Source: Aplysia californica
Lineage: Eukaryota
DNA: 64,000 nucleotides
Direction: 5' to 3'
Assembly: GCF_000002075.1 (NCBI RefSeq)
Contig: NW_004798452.1
Location: 91,226-155,225 of the forward strand
The notes beneath the pieces are model-generated. The model ran no database searches. It worked only from the letters and a program-made list of their open reading frames with translations, and was not told the DNA's origin. A program made the translations under genes and the position numbers. Below, in pieces: positions 13,344 to 26,131 of this stretch; positions within the stretch are counted from its first letter, which is position 1, and each line of letters starts with the position of its first letter.

Positions 13344-16300
13344 TCATCGGCTTTGTGTTTTGGATATCCCTTGTTCAATGAGCTGCAGGTCGGTGGCGTC
13401 CTCCTTGATGATGTTGATCAGGTGTTGGAGACCCTCCTGCTGCTGCTTCAAGATCTGGAACGTGAGAGACAAAAATCACATGAAAAAGTTGAGCTGAGAT
13501 TTCTAATAGGAGAGAAAACGAAAAAAAAAGTGAACCTGAGATTTTTACGGTAGTTAATGAGAGAAAACATAAAAATTGAACTCAAGATCAGAGACAATAA
13601 TCGAAAAAGTTGAGCTGAGATTGTTTGCCATGAGAGAAAACAAAAAATAGTGAACCTGAGATTATTGCGGTAGCTCACAAGAGAAAAAAAACAAGCAAAA
13701 GTTTGGTTTAGAACTTCAGCTTGGTGAACGTGCATGTCTGACTGAAGACAGTCAAGGAAGATGCTGTTTTTTCCTTTCCTAAAAAAAGAACCAGGCTTCA
13801 TTTCTGACACATTTACCATCTCTCTACCTTTTCGGGGACGTAAACTGAGGCACAGTTTAAGGCACTCAAATGTTGCCATCAATATACTTCCATTTACTGA
13901 TTTGGAAAAACCCATTTGAAGGAAGGAGAACATAAGAAAAAAGGGTACCGAATCTTTGCTGGGGATACAACATATTACCTTGTGAGAATCAACTGAAGAC
14001 ATATATATATGTCTTCCAAAATGTCAAATTTTTGTTTATACACAGTACTCAGTTGAAAGTTTACTGAAAGTAGCATTAAACAGGTTTGGCTCCCTTTGAA
14101 GAAGAAATTAGATTCACCCTAACATTTCATCTTGAGAACACACGTGTGTCTGCAGCTGACACTCGCAGCTTCGAGCGACACACTGCTGAGTCTCTTCTCA
14201 CCTGTTTTATCTCCACTTGTGTCTCTGTGTCCATGTTGTAGCCCTGCTCAGAGCGACCTGACCCCGTCTGGATTTGCATGCGCATCTGAGACATCAGCTC
14301 ATTCAGTCGGCCCTGAAAGAGAGAGAGTAGGCACAGGAAAAAAATAAGGTGAAAGGGAACATTTGCTGCACAGAAGTTAACACATCTAACTCTTTGTCCT
14401 TTTGCTCACTCTAAGACGACACTGATCAAATCAACAAACTTAAATGATCTCGATATACTTCCTGGTCATGTTCAATAGAAATTAAATGTGAATGGTTGGC
14501 CGGTGCCCTGATGTGGTTTGCTCATGTCTTTCGTATCAAAGATCCATTGTTCATATCTTTCCTCCTTTTCTTTGTATGTTACCCTCTGGGAGGCATTGCG
14601 CTGCCAAGAGCGAAATGCTCGCAGCTAAAGGGATTTGAAAACAACAACAACAACCCTCTGGTACTACTTCTAATATTAGGCATAAAAATAGCCTACATGT
14701 GTTTCAAGAGCCATAAAATTCTTACTTTAACTTAACTAAGAAATGAAATATTTCTCAGACACAGACAATTTCATCATTTGAAAGCGTTACATAATAATAT
14801 ACGGGCAACTGAGCGACTCTTGAATAGTGTACAGAGTGGGAGCTGGGAGGATTCGTACCTTGAACTGTGTGGGATGATTGAGCTCGCCTTGTAGCTGCTC
14901 CAGCTGTACCTTGAGAGTCTCCTCCTCCACCTGGATGGCGTAGCCCATCTTACGATAGACCTCCTGCTTCACAATCACCTGCCGGGATAGAGAGAGGAAG
15001 AGAGAGAGAGAGGGGTNNNNNNNNNNNNNNNNNNNNNNNNNNNNNNNNNNNNNNNNNNNNNNNNNNNNNNNNNNNNNNNNNNNNNNNNNNNNNNNNNNNN
15101 NNNNNNNNNNNNNNNNNNNNNNNNNNNNNNNNNNNNNNNNNNNNNNNNNNNNNNNNNNNNNNNNNNNNNNNNNNNNNNNNNNNNNNNNNNNNNNNNNNNN
15201 NNNNNNNNNNNNNNNNNNNNNNNNNNNNNNNNNNNNNNNNGTGAGTAAAAAACAGAGAGAGAAAGAGAAAGACAGAGACCGAGAAAGACTGGGCCTGTAT
15301 AACGTATTAAGACGCCCACCTTGAGCAGCCTATGCCCCAGCTCCAGGTCTTTCCTCTTGCAGTCCTCCAGTTTGGACAGCATGGTGCTGTGTTGAGTCTG
15401 CAGGTCCGTCAGATCGCCAGCTATTACCTGTTGCCATGAGAGGAGAACGTATCATTCCTTGTTCGTTTGAATAGAAGGAGGACCAAATCAATGCAAAAAC
15501 CTTCATTTAGTTCTGGGAAAAAGACAAGACGGACAGACGGACAGACAGACGGACAGACAGACAGACAGAAACCACATAGGGTTGGTAACAAAAGTAGGAC
15601 CTAACAACAGTGACGCCTTTCGCCTTTGAACTACTGTCAGGTCGCCGGCTATCACCTGTTGGAATAAGAGGGAACTGTTTTGTTTGTTTGAGTAAAGAGA
15701 AGCCCATAAACGCTTTAGTTTTAGTAAGAGTTTTATGACGGAACTTGCAGCACAATCAGGTCATATAAAAAATGCTGAAGATTAGAGGAGTTACAAGAAA
15801 GGAACAAACACAAAAAAGAAGGACAGTTAAGGATGATAGATGTTTGAGAGGAAAGAAAGAGCAAACCACACCTGAGTATCCATCAACTACACGCACCCAT
15901 AGATGCAATAGTGGTCATTTAGTACTGGGAAAAAGACAGACAGATGGACAAATAGAAACAATATAGGGTTGGAAACAAAGTAGGACCTAACAACATTTAT
16001 GCCTTCGAACTACTCACAAAAATGTTTTATGCCCTAATGAACGTAATTTTTAATTATCAAGAGACGAGCTGCTTTAACCCTGCCTGTCAGTCATCGCACA
16101 CAACAATGTACATGAACCTGGGCTGAATCCCTAATGAGGTATTTTTGAAAAATTTGCATTGGTCGGGGAATGCCCTATTTGAGAAGGGTGGCAAATTGGA
16201 GGTCTTGCCTCTCAAATACTACTTTTGTTCTCAGAATAATTCACATCTAAGAACTGCTGGTTGAGTGGAGTGGAGTAAGTGAGAGAGTGAGTGTTGTGTA

Positions 16301-16602
16301 CAGTTGAGTGTGTGTTTGTAAGTGCGTAAATGTGTGGATGAGCATCTCCTAAGAGAGAGCTCACATCCAAGCGCTGTTGGTAGATTGAGTGAGCGAGTGT
16401 GAGATGTGTGTATCATGTATGTGTGCCCGTGTTAGTGGATGCACATTACACATCTCCGCAGAGAGAGAACTCATATCTAATAATTTGCTGCTGGTAGATT
16501 GAGTGAGTGAGTGTGAGTTGTGTGTATCATGTATGTGTGCCTGTGTCAGTGGATGAGAGTTACACATTTCCGCAGAGAGAAGTCACATCCAAGCGCTGCT
16601 GG

Positions 16603-16653
<51 letters not shown>

Positions 16654-19600
16654 TGTATCTATGTGCTTTTGTGCGAGTGTACGGCTGAGTGAGTGTTGCA
16701 CATCTCCGCAGAGAGAACTCACATCCAAGCGCTGCTGGTAGAGTTTGGTCTGCTCCGCCTGGTGCCTGAGCCTCCTCTGCAGTTCCTTGAAGCCGATCAT
16801 CGGCACCGGGATGTACTTCTCTGGGTCTGGGTTGTCCAGCTTGGCCTGTTCCCACAAGAGAGGATCCACACCTGGAGGGGGGGGGGGGAGAGAGTTAATT
16901 TTATTACGTGTTTTACGGCACTTACAACACAATGAGGTCATATAAGTGCCGAAGATTAGAGGTGTTACAAAAGGGTAACAAACACAAAAAGAAGGAGGGG
17001 AGACAAGAACGATAGATGTTTGATAAGAAATAAGAAACAAACCACACCAGAGCACCCGCCAACCACCAACTGGGGGAGGGGGGGGGAGAGAGATTGGTAA
17101 TCTCGGAGTGAAGGTTTACATCGGGTCAGCAAGATAAAATCCACATTTTGTCAATGACAGAGTAGAGCATGATAACAGGTAGAAGGAGCAGGCGATGTCA
17201 GAACGAGGAATAGAACAAAACACAAGACATGATGCTAAATACAAATTACAAAGAAAATAAACAGGCTGTCTTTCAAGAAAGAAAAGGTTAGAAAAAAGTG
17301 CATTTTAAGTTAGAAAATATGACCAGAAAAAGTAAAAACCACCCCCACGTCCCCAAAAGGAAAAAAAACCAAAACAATATATATAAATAACACCAAAATT
17401 CCAGGAGAGTTCTGTAATTCTGAAGAAGTGGTGCCCCTTTAGAAGACAACCACAATTTGTTCCTACCAGATGGCGCTTTGTCCAAATATTCTTTCAGCTG
17501 CTCATCACTCCATCCCACTTTGGGCAAGATACTCTCCACATTCAACTGACTCGAGACTTGTGTCTTCTGTGTGGGCTGGTTCAAGAAGTTGAACAAGTCA
17601 CTGGCAGGAACCCGCTTGGCGGGTCCCGTCGCTGGTCGCTCCAACACATAGATGACAATCTCTGTCCTATAGAAGAGATTCAGGGAGGGGGTGAGGTTAG
17701 ACTTATAAATCAGAAGGTACCCATAAAGAGTAGACATGATACTTTGCAATGCATACCAAGTCTTGCTCGATATGAGTACAATCATACAAAATAGGTACAA
17801 ACCAGAGAATATATATACAATATGAATTTTCATTCCAAAAACCTTACCACCGTTCTTTGTGTAAAATCTTAAAATATTGACAACATAAGAAAAGGTAAAA
17901 TAAGAACAACTCAAGAATCTAAATATACAATAATACCAAAGATAGTACATAACAAGATGGTCCACTCAGCCAAAAAAGTGTCCGCAGGAAGTTCGCTCTT
18001 TGCTTCAGATGGCGCTGCAGTCTGTTTTGAAGCTCTCTTTTGTTTTTCCAGAAGAAGAATAGGAATAGCACCTCCTTGCGTGCGCAGATCGACTGCTGTT
18101 CATCAGCAGTTCGGGTTCGTTCAGTGCGGAGTTTTAGGTTTATTTTATTTTAATAACCTCTCGCCTTTCATTTTAAAGTCAAATTAAACGAAAAAAACAA
18201 TCACCCTTTCCTCCGGAAGAGGTTTTTTTGTCAGCGTAACCATTTTTAAAAAAGCGTTCTTCCGAAATTTATTTAAAAACTTGCTAGTTTCACTTTGATT
18301 TTTTAAACTCAAGTAGGGTAACTCTGTTCGCAAAGGGTGCCCATTTGTGAAGAGGGCGCCACCGAATTTTGAGGACACTTTTTTAATTGGCTCAAAGAGA
18401 GAAGTGGCCCCTCTTGTTATGTAGACTCTTTGATAATACATAGTTGAAATTGTCCAAGACTGCTATCCAGTGTCCAGGAGAAAGGTGGCTATCTTAGACT
18501 GATAGATGTCTTGAACAATGTTATTATAATACAGAAAAAAAACGCAAGTGGGGAAGTGGTGGTTTGTTCAGGTGATTGCCCTGAAGAGGAGGCCGCTGGA
18601 ACAGGTTTGCCCCCAGTATGAAATCAGTTCACAAGACGTCTGTGCAGACAGACCTATGAAGATTTCACTTGCGTTAAAATCAGACCTGAGGCTGACATTT
18701 TCAACCTGTGTAAGTGTAAGGCTAGTGGTGGTAGTGGTTGTGGTGGTGGAGGGACGTAGGCATTTGAACTGGAAGGTACAGTCGGATTTGTTGAAGATGA
18801 CCACCCAATGTCCTCTTGGGCAGTGCTCAAACACTAACAAACTGACAAGATCTTTTGCTGTCTACAGCCGGGTACCCATTCCCACCTGGGTGAAGATAGG
18901 AAAATTCGTGTAAAGTGCCTTTCCCAAGGACACAACGTCGGGTCCCTGACGGGATTCGAACCCACGACCTTATGGTTGTGAGTCCGAGAGCCTAACCACT
19001 AGGCCACCGACGCCGAGTAAAGAGAAGCCCATCAACACAATAAATAATAATCATTTAGTGCTGGGAAAAAATAAGACAAACAGTCAAACAGAAACAACAG
19101 AGGGAAAATAAAGCTGTAGGACCTACCAGTGGCGCCCTCCAACCACCTGCAGGGTCATTATTATGGAAAACACACAAGAAAGGAAGTGGGATGAGATTGT
19201 TTGTACACGTAGATTGTCTTGGACAGGTAGTCATTTCAGCAGGTTTGACTATCATTTCTATATATTTCATAAACTGTTTAAAGTAAAACTTTGCACAAGT
19301 ATTGAACTTGGAGTGAAGAAGCAATTTACTCTATTGTGATTCGCCTTTAATTAAACCAACATTAAAAACAAGCATCTGATTGTGCAGTACTGTCTCAAAC
19401 AGTTGTAACCAGTCATTGATTCTCATAATTCAAACGCAACAATCAAGCATTTTGCAGTTCAGGAGACCTTGGAACAAAACTGTATAACACGGATAGCTCC
19501 AATTCGTCGGGACCAGCCTCGGTAGTTCGAGGGATATCTTACAAAGATAAAGGAAAAAAAACCAAAACGGGGGACCGCATGCACAGATCGACGGTAGCGT

Positions 19601-22600
19601 GATTTCGAGTCTTCTGTGTTCAACCTATCCGTGTTACACGGTATGTAAAATGTCAGAAAGTAGTTTTTCTTTATACTTATTTCATATTATGTAAAATACT
19701 GTTCAAAGGGGAACTAATAATAACAGAATTGCAATTTTTTCCCCAATGATACCAGATGCTCGTGTGAAAAACAGTGGTGCATTATGTGTGGCAGTGCTCA
19801 AGGTATTAAGAAAAGATTTTTTCTTTTTAATTAGTCACTACCGAGAAATAGCTACACTATTCTTTTTACTCAGAACTTCCTCAACACACCATAAAGAAAT
19901 TAAAAACTAAAGTCAACCCGAACCCACCTGTCCTCTGGCATGGATTTGACCCCTTCCACACAGATATTAAGGGTGGGCTTGCTGCCCAGTATCTTGTGCA
20001 GGGTATCCACAATCTGCTGCTGGGCCGCTAAAACATCCGTCTCCTTCTTGGCAAGTACCAGCGCCACCTGGCCTGCCTCGTTGTTCCCCTTAGGAATCAG
20101 ATGATAGCCTAAAGCCTGGACAACATAAAGAAAAAAAATGTTAGCTTACTTCAGCTTTATTTAGCATGAACGTTATGGCGCTTGCAACATAAAATGATTA
20201 TATAAGAGCTAAAGATCAGAGAGTAACATAGAATAGAAGGAGGAGAGAAAAAGATGCCAAATGTAATACAGGAAAGGAAGAGCAAACCACACCAGACCAA
20301 CTACTAACCACCCACAAAACAATGGTAAGAAGGCCCACAGCAATTTTCTAAACCCACAAACACAACGCAGTATCTTTATCTGAAAAAGAGGAAAGAAACA
20401 AAGGACAAGTTCCAAAAATAGAAAAATATAACGCAAAAGAAGATTAAAGAGAGAAACCATGCCCCAAACCCAACATTACCAAAAAGGAGCATATTTTACT
20501 TCATCGATAAACACTGAAAAAGGAGAAGAACAAGAAGAAAACAGACCTCTAAAACGGGTGCTTCACTCATGAAGCCAATTTTATCGACATGAAAGAGACT
20601 TTTTTGTCAAACTCTGTGCATTTTACACAAACTTTTCCATGGATCAGAACCAATAACACCAACAGCTTACACAAAATTTAATATATTAGATCCTTAAAAT
20701 CTTAACCAAAACATTTACATGTAATAGACATATTTACCTTAAATCGACAAAAATGATTTTCTGGCTTGAACTCCACCACTCCATTTGAAGAATAAAACCC
20801 TTTTCCGGTTCCCCAATAAGCTTGCAACTGATTCCATTTGGCGATGATTGCGTCCCTTTCATCTCCATAGATCTGTGGCAGAGACACAGCCATTGCTGTG
20901 GCGGTCAAGTTTGCTTCCTCGCTGGGCACAGCATTTTGAGCATTTGCTGAAAAAAAAAAATACAGGAAGTTTAATTATTTGAACCGGGCGTTTGGTTTTG
21001 CTGTAATTTGAGATGGGTGACCAGTGGAAAATTTTTTTCTTTACATCACTGACCGATATGGGATTGTACAAGATATTTGCAAGAGATAACACATAAAGAT
21101 ATATAAATCTATCGATAATTTATAAAAGTGAGAAACATAAAACTTTCCTCATCAGCCTCATCTTCCTAGTGCTTAAAGAAACCTTCGTACAAGGGAACCA
21201 AAATTCATACGTAGAACATTCGTTCTGCAGAAACATCTGGTGTGTGCCAAGCATCACATTCTACAGAATTAATATAATTTGTTTTAAATTTTTCTTTAAC
21301 TTATTTAGTACTTTCTTTAACACTTTGCCGCCTCATCTCGCCGATTGGCGATGTTTACCACCCAATTTCTTTGGATTTTCCTAAAAATATGATGGCAAAG
21401 TGTTAAGGATCCTTTTTTGTGCTCTGTAGCCAATTTTCTACCTACGATACGTACATTATATATATATACACTTCCTCATCTTTTAAAAAAAAATCCACTC
21501 AAAAGTCATATATAATATAAGTAAGCACGCAACAAACACACTCACAAATAACACATAAAGAGCTTCTGATCCATTCCTTACCAGCCACTCCACCTGCAGC
21601 ATTTGGGGCGCCAAAAGTCCCAGCTCCTGTTGCTCCAAAGGTGCTCGCTCCACCAGTGCTTCCAAATCCTCCAAGGGAAAAACCTGAACTTGTTCCTGTA
21701 GTTCCAAGCCCACTACCAAAACCTCCAGTTGCAGTCGTCCCGAAACCCCCAAAACCTGCTGGACATGACAACACACACAAAAGAAAAGAAATTTGAGAAA
21801 CAGGACTGACTGACTGCAAGCTGCTGATGACTCGTACTTTGTACTACCTTACTCTCTTCTCGGCACATGCGGATCACACTATGTTTGACGTGGACGAGCG
21901 AGAGAAAACCAAAGCTAATAGAATTGTAAAACATCAAATTATGGTTAAAGGCCTCAGCTATATTCGGGCTCGAGTCTGAATAGCCTCCCGTGGCTATTCC
22001 GACTCAAACTCCAATGGGCGTATGCAATCATCGGGTGTAGATCTACCGGCTGCGAAGCGGACAGGCAATTCGACCTTGGCCTTCCTCAGTTTCTATGGCA
22101 TGGAAGGACTTCGGAAACGAGCGACCACCCCAACAAACATTATATTATGAATAAAGAAAAGACCTAACTCTACCCCAGACCCTCACCCTACCTCAAACCC
22201 ATCTGTTCTACTGTCTCATAGTGGTCGCTTGTTGGGGAAGTCCTACCCTTTCTATGATCTGGCTAAAATTTTCGACACAAATTAATAGAAGTATTAGTAT
22301 TAGTGACGTCAAAAGTGAACAAAAGTTGCAAAATCTGAAACACTGCACAACAAAGGCAAACAGGGAAATGGCAATCTGAGCTCAGAGTAGAGAAAAAAAC
22401 TGAAAACCAAAGTTTCAGAATAACAAAGGGAAGGTAGTTTAAACCCGTTTTATTTGACAAGAAAAACAAAATCATTGATCAGTTAGAAATTAGAAATTAA
22501 GAAGAGAAAAGTTAAAACCCTTCCACAGGGAAAGTCAGTCATTCAAAATAACAGAGATCTAAAGGAAAAGCTTTTCCAACAGGATACTTTATAAGGTGCC

Positions 22601-23368
22601 CTCTGCGGATGGGATCGGGTAGGGTCGGGGGCGATTGTCGTACTGTACTGTCACCTAAAAACAAACGCAGTTGTGTTTGAGTAAGCGAGACGGGCGCGAT
22701 CGGCTTGTGCCACGATAGCAACTTTGCACCCTCAATCTGACTAACAAACTGCCCCAACCAGACCCGATCCAATGGGCACCCCGTCAAATAAAATCTGGAC
22801 GAAACAATACATTATTCTGACGGCTCCGTATTCTGATAGAGTTAGGAGAGCAACACGAATTGGAGTTTGAGTCCAAATAGCCACGGGAGACTATTCAGAC
22901 TCGAGTCCGAATAGCCACTTCAATGGTTAAAAATACAGGGGGCATAGAATTTGAACTGAACAACAGTGCAGCACTCTATCTATCGTTCTCTTTCTAATAA
23001 AATTTAAATGATACTGAGGCGAGTAATCAGGTCAATATCATTATTCCAGTACTCTTAGGGTAAAAAACGGAGACTGCCAAAAATATAATATTATTTATCT
23101 TTTACCCATGAAATGATAATGATTTGAAAGGCTACCTCTATTCTCACCCCGAGTGAGAATAGCGCAGGCGAGTCTTTTGGCTATTCTCACCCGGTGGGCG
23201 CTCACCGTTATTTATAGCCTAGATCTAGGCCAACCAATTTTGCGTTCACCCTGAACCACAGAATTCTACACTCTGATATAATAGAAAAATTGTAGAATTC
23301 TGTGCCGTGAACAAACGTTCCGTTACTACTGTTACCCTAAAAGCGTACAATTTTGTCTGTGGGCAGTG

Positions 23369-23407
<39 letters not shown>

Positions 23408-26131
23408 GAGTAGCGCGAGAACTTCAGGGCAAAACAAAATGGCAACCTGTGTAGTTCGGCTCGATTCGAAAAGTTAAATAGCCGTAGCATCTTTGTAGAT
23501 GACCAAATTAATTAACTTTTGTATTTTAACATGGAAGAGGCTAGCCGTACTTGAGACGAAACCAGGTGCCTTAATGACAGTGCATGTATTTTAAACCTCC
23601 TGTTTTCTAATGTTAATTGGGCCTAAGATAAGTACGGCTAGACTGGCAGTCTAGCCGTATTTAAGTACGGCTAGATTTCTTGTCTAGCCGTACTTAAGTA
23701 CGGGTAGACAGCCAGGCTAGCCGTACTTAAGGACGGCTAGACTGTCAGGCTAGCCGTACTTAATATTGATGGCTGAATTGTAAATGAAATTTTTAGTTTG
23801 CTATGCCTAAATTATTTGTATTTCAGACAAAACCAAAAGGTGCCTTACTGGCTTGCATGTATTTGAACCTGAATAATTGCTAGATATAGATCTAATGAGA
23901 CCTGTGTACTCAACAGGCTTGCGTCGATAGGGCCAAACCTAGATCTAAGTACGGCTAGACTGGTAGTCTAGCCGTACTTAAGTACGGCTAGACTCTCAGT
24001 CTAGCCGTACCTTTAACCCTGGAAGCGCGCAGGCCCATAAAGGGCGTGAGCCGGGCTACCCGGGAAGCGCGCACGCCCTATATATAAGGCTGACATACTT
24101 TGACCGGGAAGTGCGCAGGCCCTATATAAAGGGCATAGACGCGGACCCTTTTCAATGGAAAATTCCAGTGTTCCTTTATAAATATGGAAAATGACGTAGT
24201 CAATTTGTAGGCCAAAGTTATAAATAGTGACCAATGACTTTGCAAGTTATCTTGATCTCGTAGAGCGTCTCTTGGCCGAGATATCGATCGATAAAGTGAC
24301 GCGGTCCCGCTGAGCGACTACACGCTATGTGTTATCACTTGTTTCGCCATGCTGATGTACTAATTGTTGAGTCTATCGCGTTCTTGGCTTTGTTTGTATT
24401 TATTTGATCGCTGATCATTTTTGAATGGCTCATTCTATCAGCTTAAAGAAAATATATGCTTTTTATCATCCATTGAGCCGTAAATGGTCATTTTTCAGTA
24501 GCAGGTATACATTTCGGGTACCTCAGCTGTTCCCCCCCGGCCAAACCCCCATGTTTACAACTGATCGGCCGTGGCGGCGGGGCATTTTTGGCGGGTTACT
24601 TCCGGTGAAACACTGAGCGCTTCTAGGGTTAAAGTACGGCTAGCCACTTCGTTTTAACATCATTTTTTAACTTTGTTTTGGTCAATTTGATCGTCCACAC
24701 CGATAGACAGTATTCAGAAAGAGACAGAGAGAGAGAAGAGGGGTGGAGTAGATCTTGTGAGAACTTCCGGGCAAAACAAAATGGCGACCCGCATAGTTCG
24801 GCTCGATTCGAAAAGTGAAAGCATCTTTGTCGACGATCAAATTAGCTTACTTTTGTGCTATAATTTTTTCTTTGCTTTTAGGAAGTGGCTATCCTCACCC
24901 GAGGTGAGAATAAAAATACGATCGACCTCTCACCCCGGGTGAGACTTGCCACCGTAGGCTATTCTCACCCGGTGCCGGTGTGAAACAAGACCTGTTTTTC
25001 CAAATTTTGGAATACCTTCTATCGGTGTGGATGATCAAATGGATAAAAGCAAAGAAAAAATTACGTTATAGCACAAAAGTAAGCTAATTTGATCGTCTAC
25101 AAAGATGCTTTGGCTATTTCACTTTTCGAATCGAGCCGAAAAACGCGGGTCGCAAGATCTATTCCTCCCCTCTTCTCTCTCTCTGTCTCTTTCTGAATAC
25201 TGTCTATCGGTGTGGACGATCAAATTGACCAAAACAAAGTTAAAAAATGATGTTAAATTAAAACACAAAAAGTAAATTAATTTGGTCGTCTACAAAGATG
25301 TTACGGCTATTTAACTTTTCGAATCGAGCCGAACTACGCGGGTCGCCATTTTGTTTTGCCCGAAAGTTCTCGCGCTACTCCTCTCTCTCTCTCTTTGTCC
25401 ACTGAGCAAAGACAAAATTGTACGCTTTTAGGCTGACAGTAGTAATGGAACGTTTGTTCACGGCACAGAATTCTACAATTTTTCCGTTACCACAGTGCAG
25501 AATTCTGCGGTTCAGGGTGAACACAAAATTGGTTGGCCTAGATCTAGGCTCTAACGGTGAACGCACACCGGGTGAGAATAGCCAAAAGACTCGCCTGCGC
25601 TATTCTCACCCAGGGTGAGAATAGAGGTGGCCTTGCTTTTATCCTTTTGATCATCCACACCAATAGAAAGTATTCCAAAATTAGGAAAAACAGGTCTTGT
25701 TTCACAACCGGGTGAGAATAGCCAACGGTGGCAAGTCTCACCCGGGGTGAAAGGTGAATCGTATTATTCTCACCCCGGGTGAGGATAGCCACTTCCAATG
25801 ATAATGATAATGTTATTCACGAACCTGCACTTGGAGCTGAAGTGGTTGCAGTACTGAAAGAAAACGGTGATGCAGATGTAGATGTGGTACCAAAACCGCT
25901 GAACAATGATGGAGCTGACGTGGTTGCTGTTCCCACACCAAAGCTTCCAAAGCCAGTACTAGCACTTGTGGTGGTGGTTGTGCCAAAAGAACCAAGTGCA
26001 AATCCTCCAGTGGTCCCTCCAGTCGTTCCGGCGCTGCCAAAGCCACCAAATCCTGAAGACTGGGTGGTTGGTGTTGTGCCAAACAAAGATGGTTGTGTTG
26101 ATGTAGATGTAGTACCAAATTTGAACGACAT
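13344..26131 (-). CDS. NUP54: Nucleoporin p54 (FG-repeat central channel nucleoporin), 559 aa, 10 coding exons
   Basis: Exons (minus strand): 26131-25825, 21758-21582, 20946-20738, 20115-19928, 17666-17467, 16871-16723, 15427-15320, 14978-14859, 14312-14202, 13454-13344; 1680 nt, phases consistent. FG-rich N-terminus, then GDERDAIIAKWNQLQAYWGTGKG, GVDPLLWEQAKLDNPDPEKYIPVPMIGFKEL, GYAIQVEEETLKVQLE and PTQFKGRLNELMSQ, all recognisably Nup54. Confidence 0.96.
16240..16740 (-). repeat. Degenerate ~110-140-bp tandem repeat containing the NUP54 exon 6 donor junction
   Basis: The motif TACCAGCAGCGCTTGGAT|GTGAG..CTCTGCGGAGATG recurs about 5 times. Confidence 0.8.
17963..18393. mobile_element. Tc1/mariner-like MITE
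   Basis: Imperfect TIRs CAGCCAAAAAAGTGTCC..TTCG / CGAA..GGACACTTTTTT..TTGGCT. Confidence 0.5.
18825..19014 (-). mobile_element. 5' half copy of the tRNA-SINE at 31949
   Basis: Reverse complement aligns to 31949-32140. Confidence 0.85.
21950..22922. mobile_element. Mutator-like MITE (family E)
   Basis: ~60-bp TIRs built from CTATTCRGACTCGAGTCYGAATAG palindromes; 9-bp TSD ATGGTTAAA (21941-49 / 22923-31). Confidence 0.85.
23533..24651. mobile_element. Mutator/foldback-like MITE (family B) nested in A
   Basis: TIR GGAAGAGGCTAGCCGTAC / GTACGGCTAGCCACTTCG; internal tandem palindromes AAGTACGGCTAG..CTAGCCGTACTT; perfect 9-bp TSD TTTTAACAT (23524-32 / 24652-60). Confidence 0.88.
24017..24628. mobile_element. 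piggyBac-like MITE nested in element B
   Basis: TTAA|CCCTGGAAGCGC ... GCGCTTCTAGGG|TTAA. Confidence 0.88.
24881..25632. mobile_element. Second, inverted copy of family A MITE inserted inside A
   Basis: 9-bp TSD TTGCTTTTA (24872-80 / 25633-41); sequence is the reverse complement of the host. Confidence 0.88.

Larger units (their letters stand above)
23130..25796. mobile_element. Mutator-like MITE (family A), host of nested insertions
   Basis: Ends GGCTACCTCTATTCTCACC.. / ..GGTGAGGATAGCCACTTCC. After removing the nested elements it is the reverse complement of element 24881-25632. TSD not cleanly adjacent (AATGATAAT is offset 9 bp on the left). Confidence 0.75.

Noticed and set aside
13448-14002. 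184-aa minus-strand ORF
   Set aside because: Intronic, runs through a degenerate ~40-bp tandem repeat and is out of frame with the last NUP54 exon.
23620-24010. Palindromic repeats with short variable spacers, superficially CRISPR-like
   Set aside because: Spacers are only ~6-10 nt, the array lies inside a TSD-bounded MITE, the context is eukaryotic and there are no cas genes.
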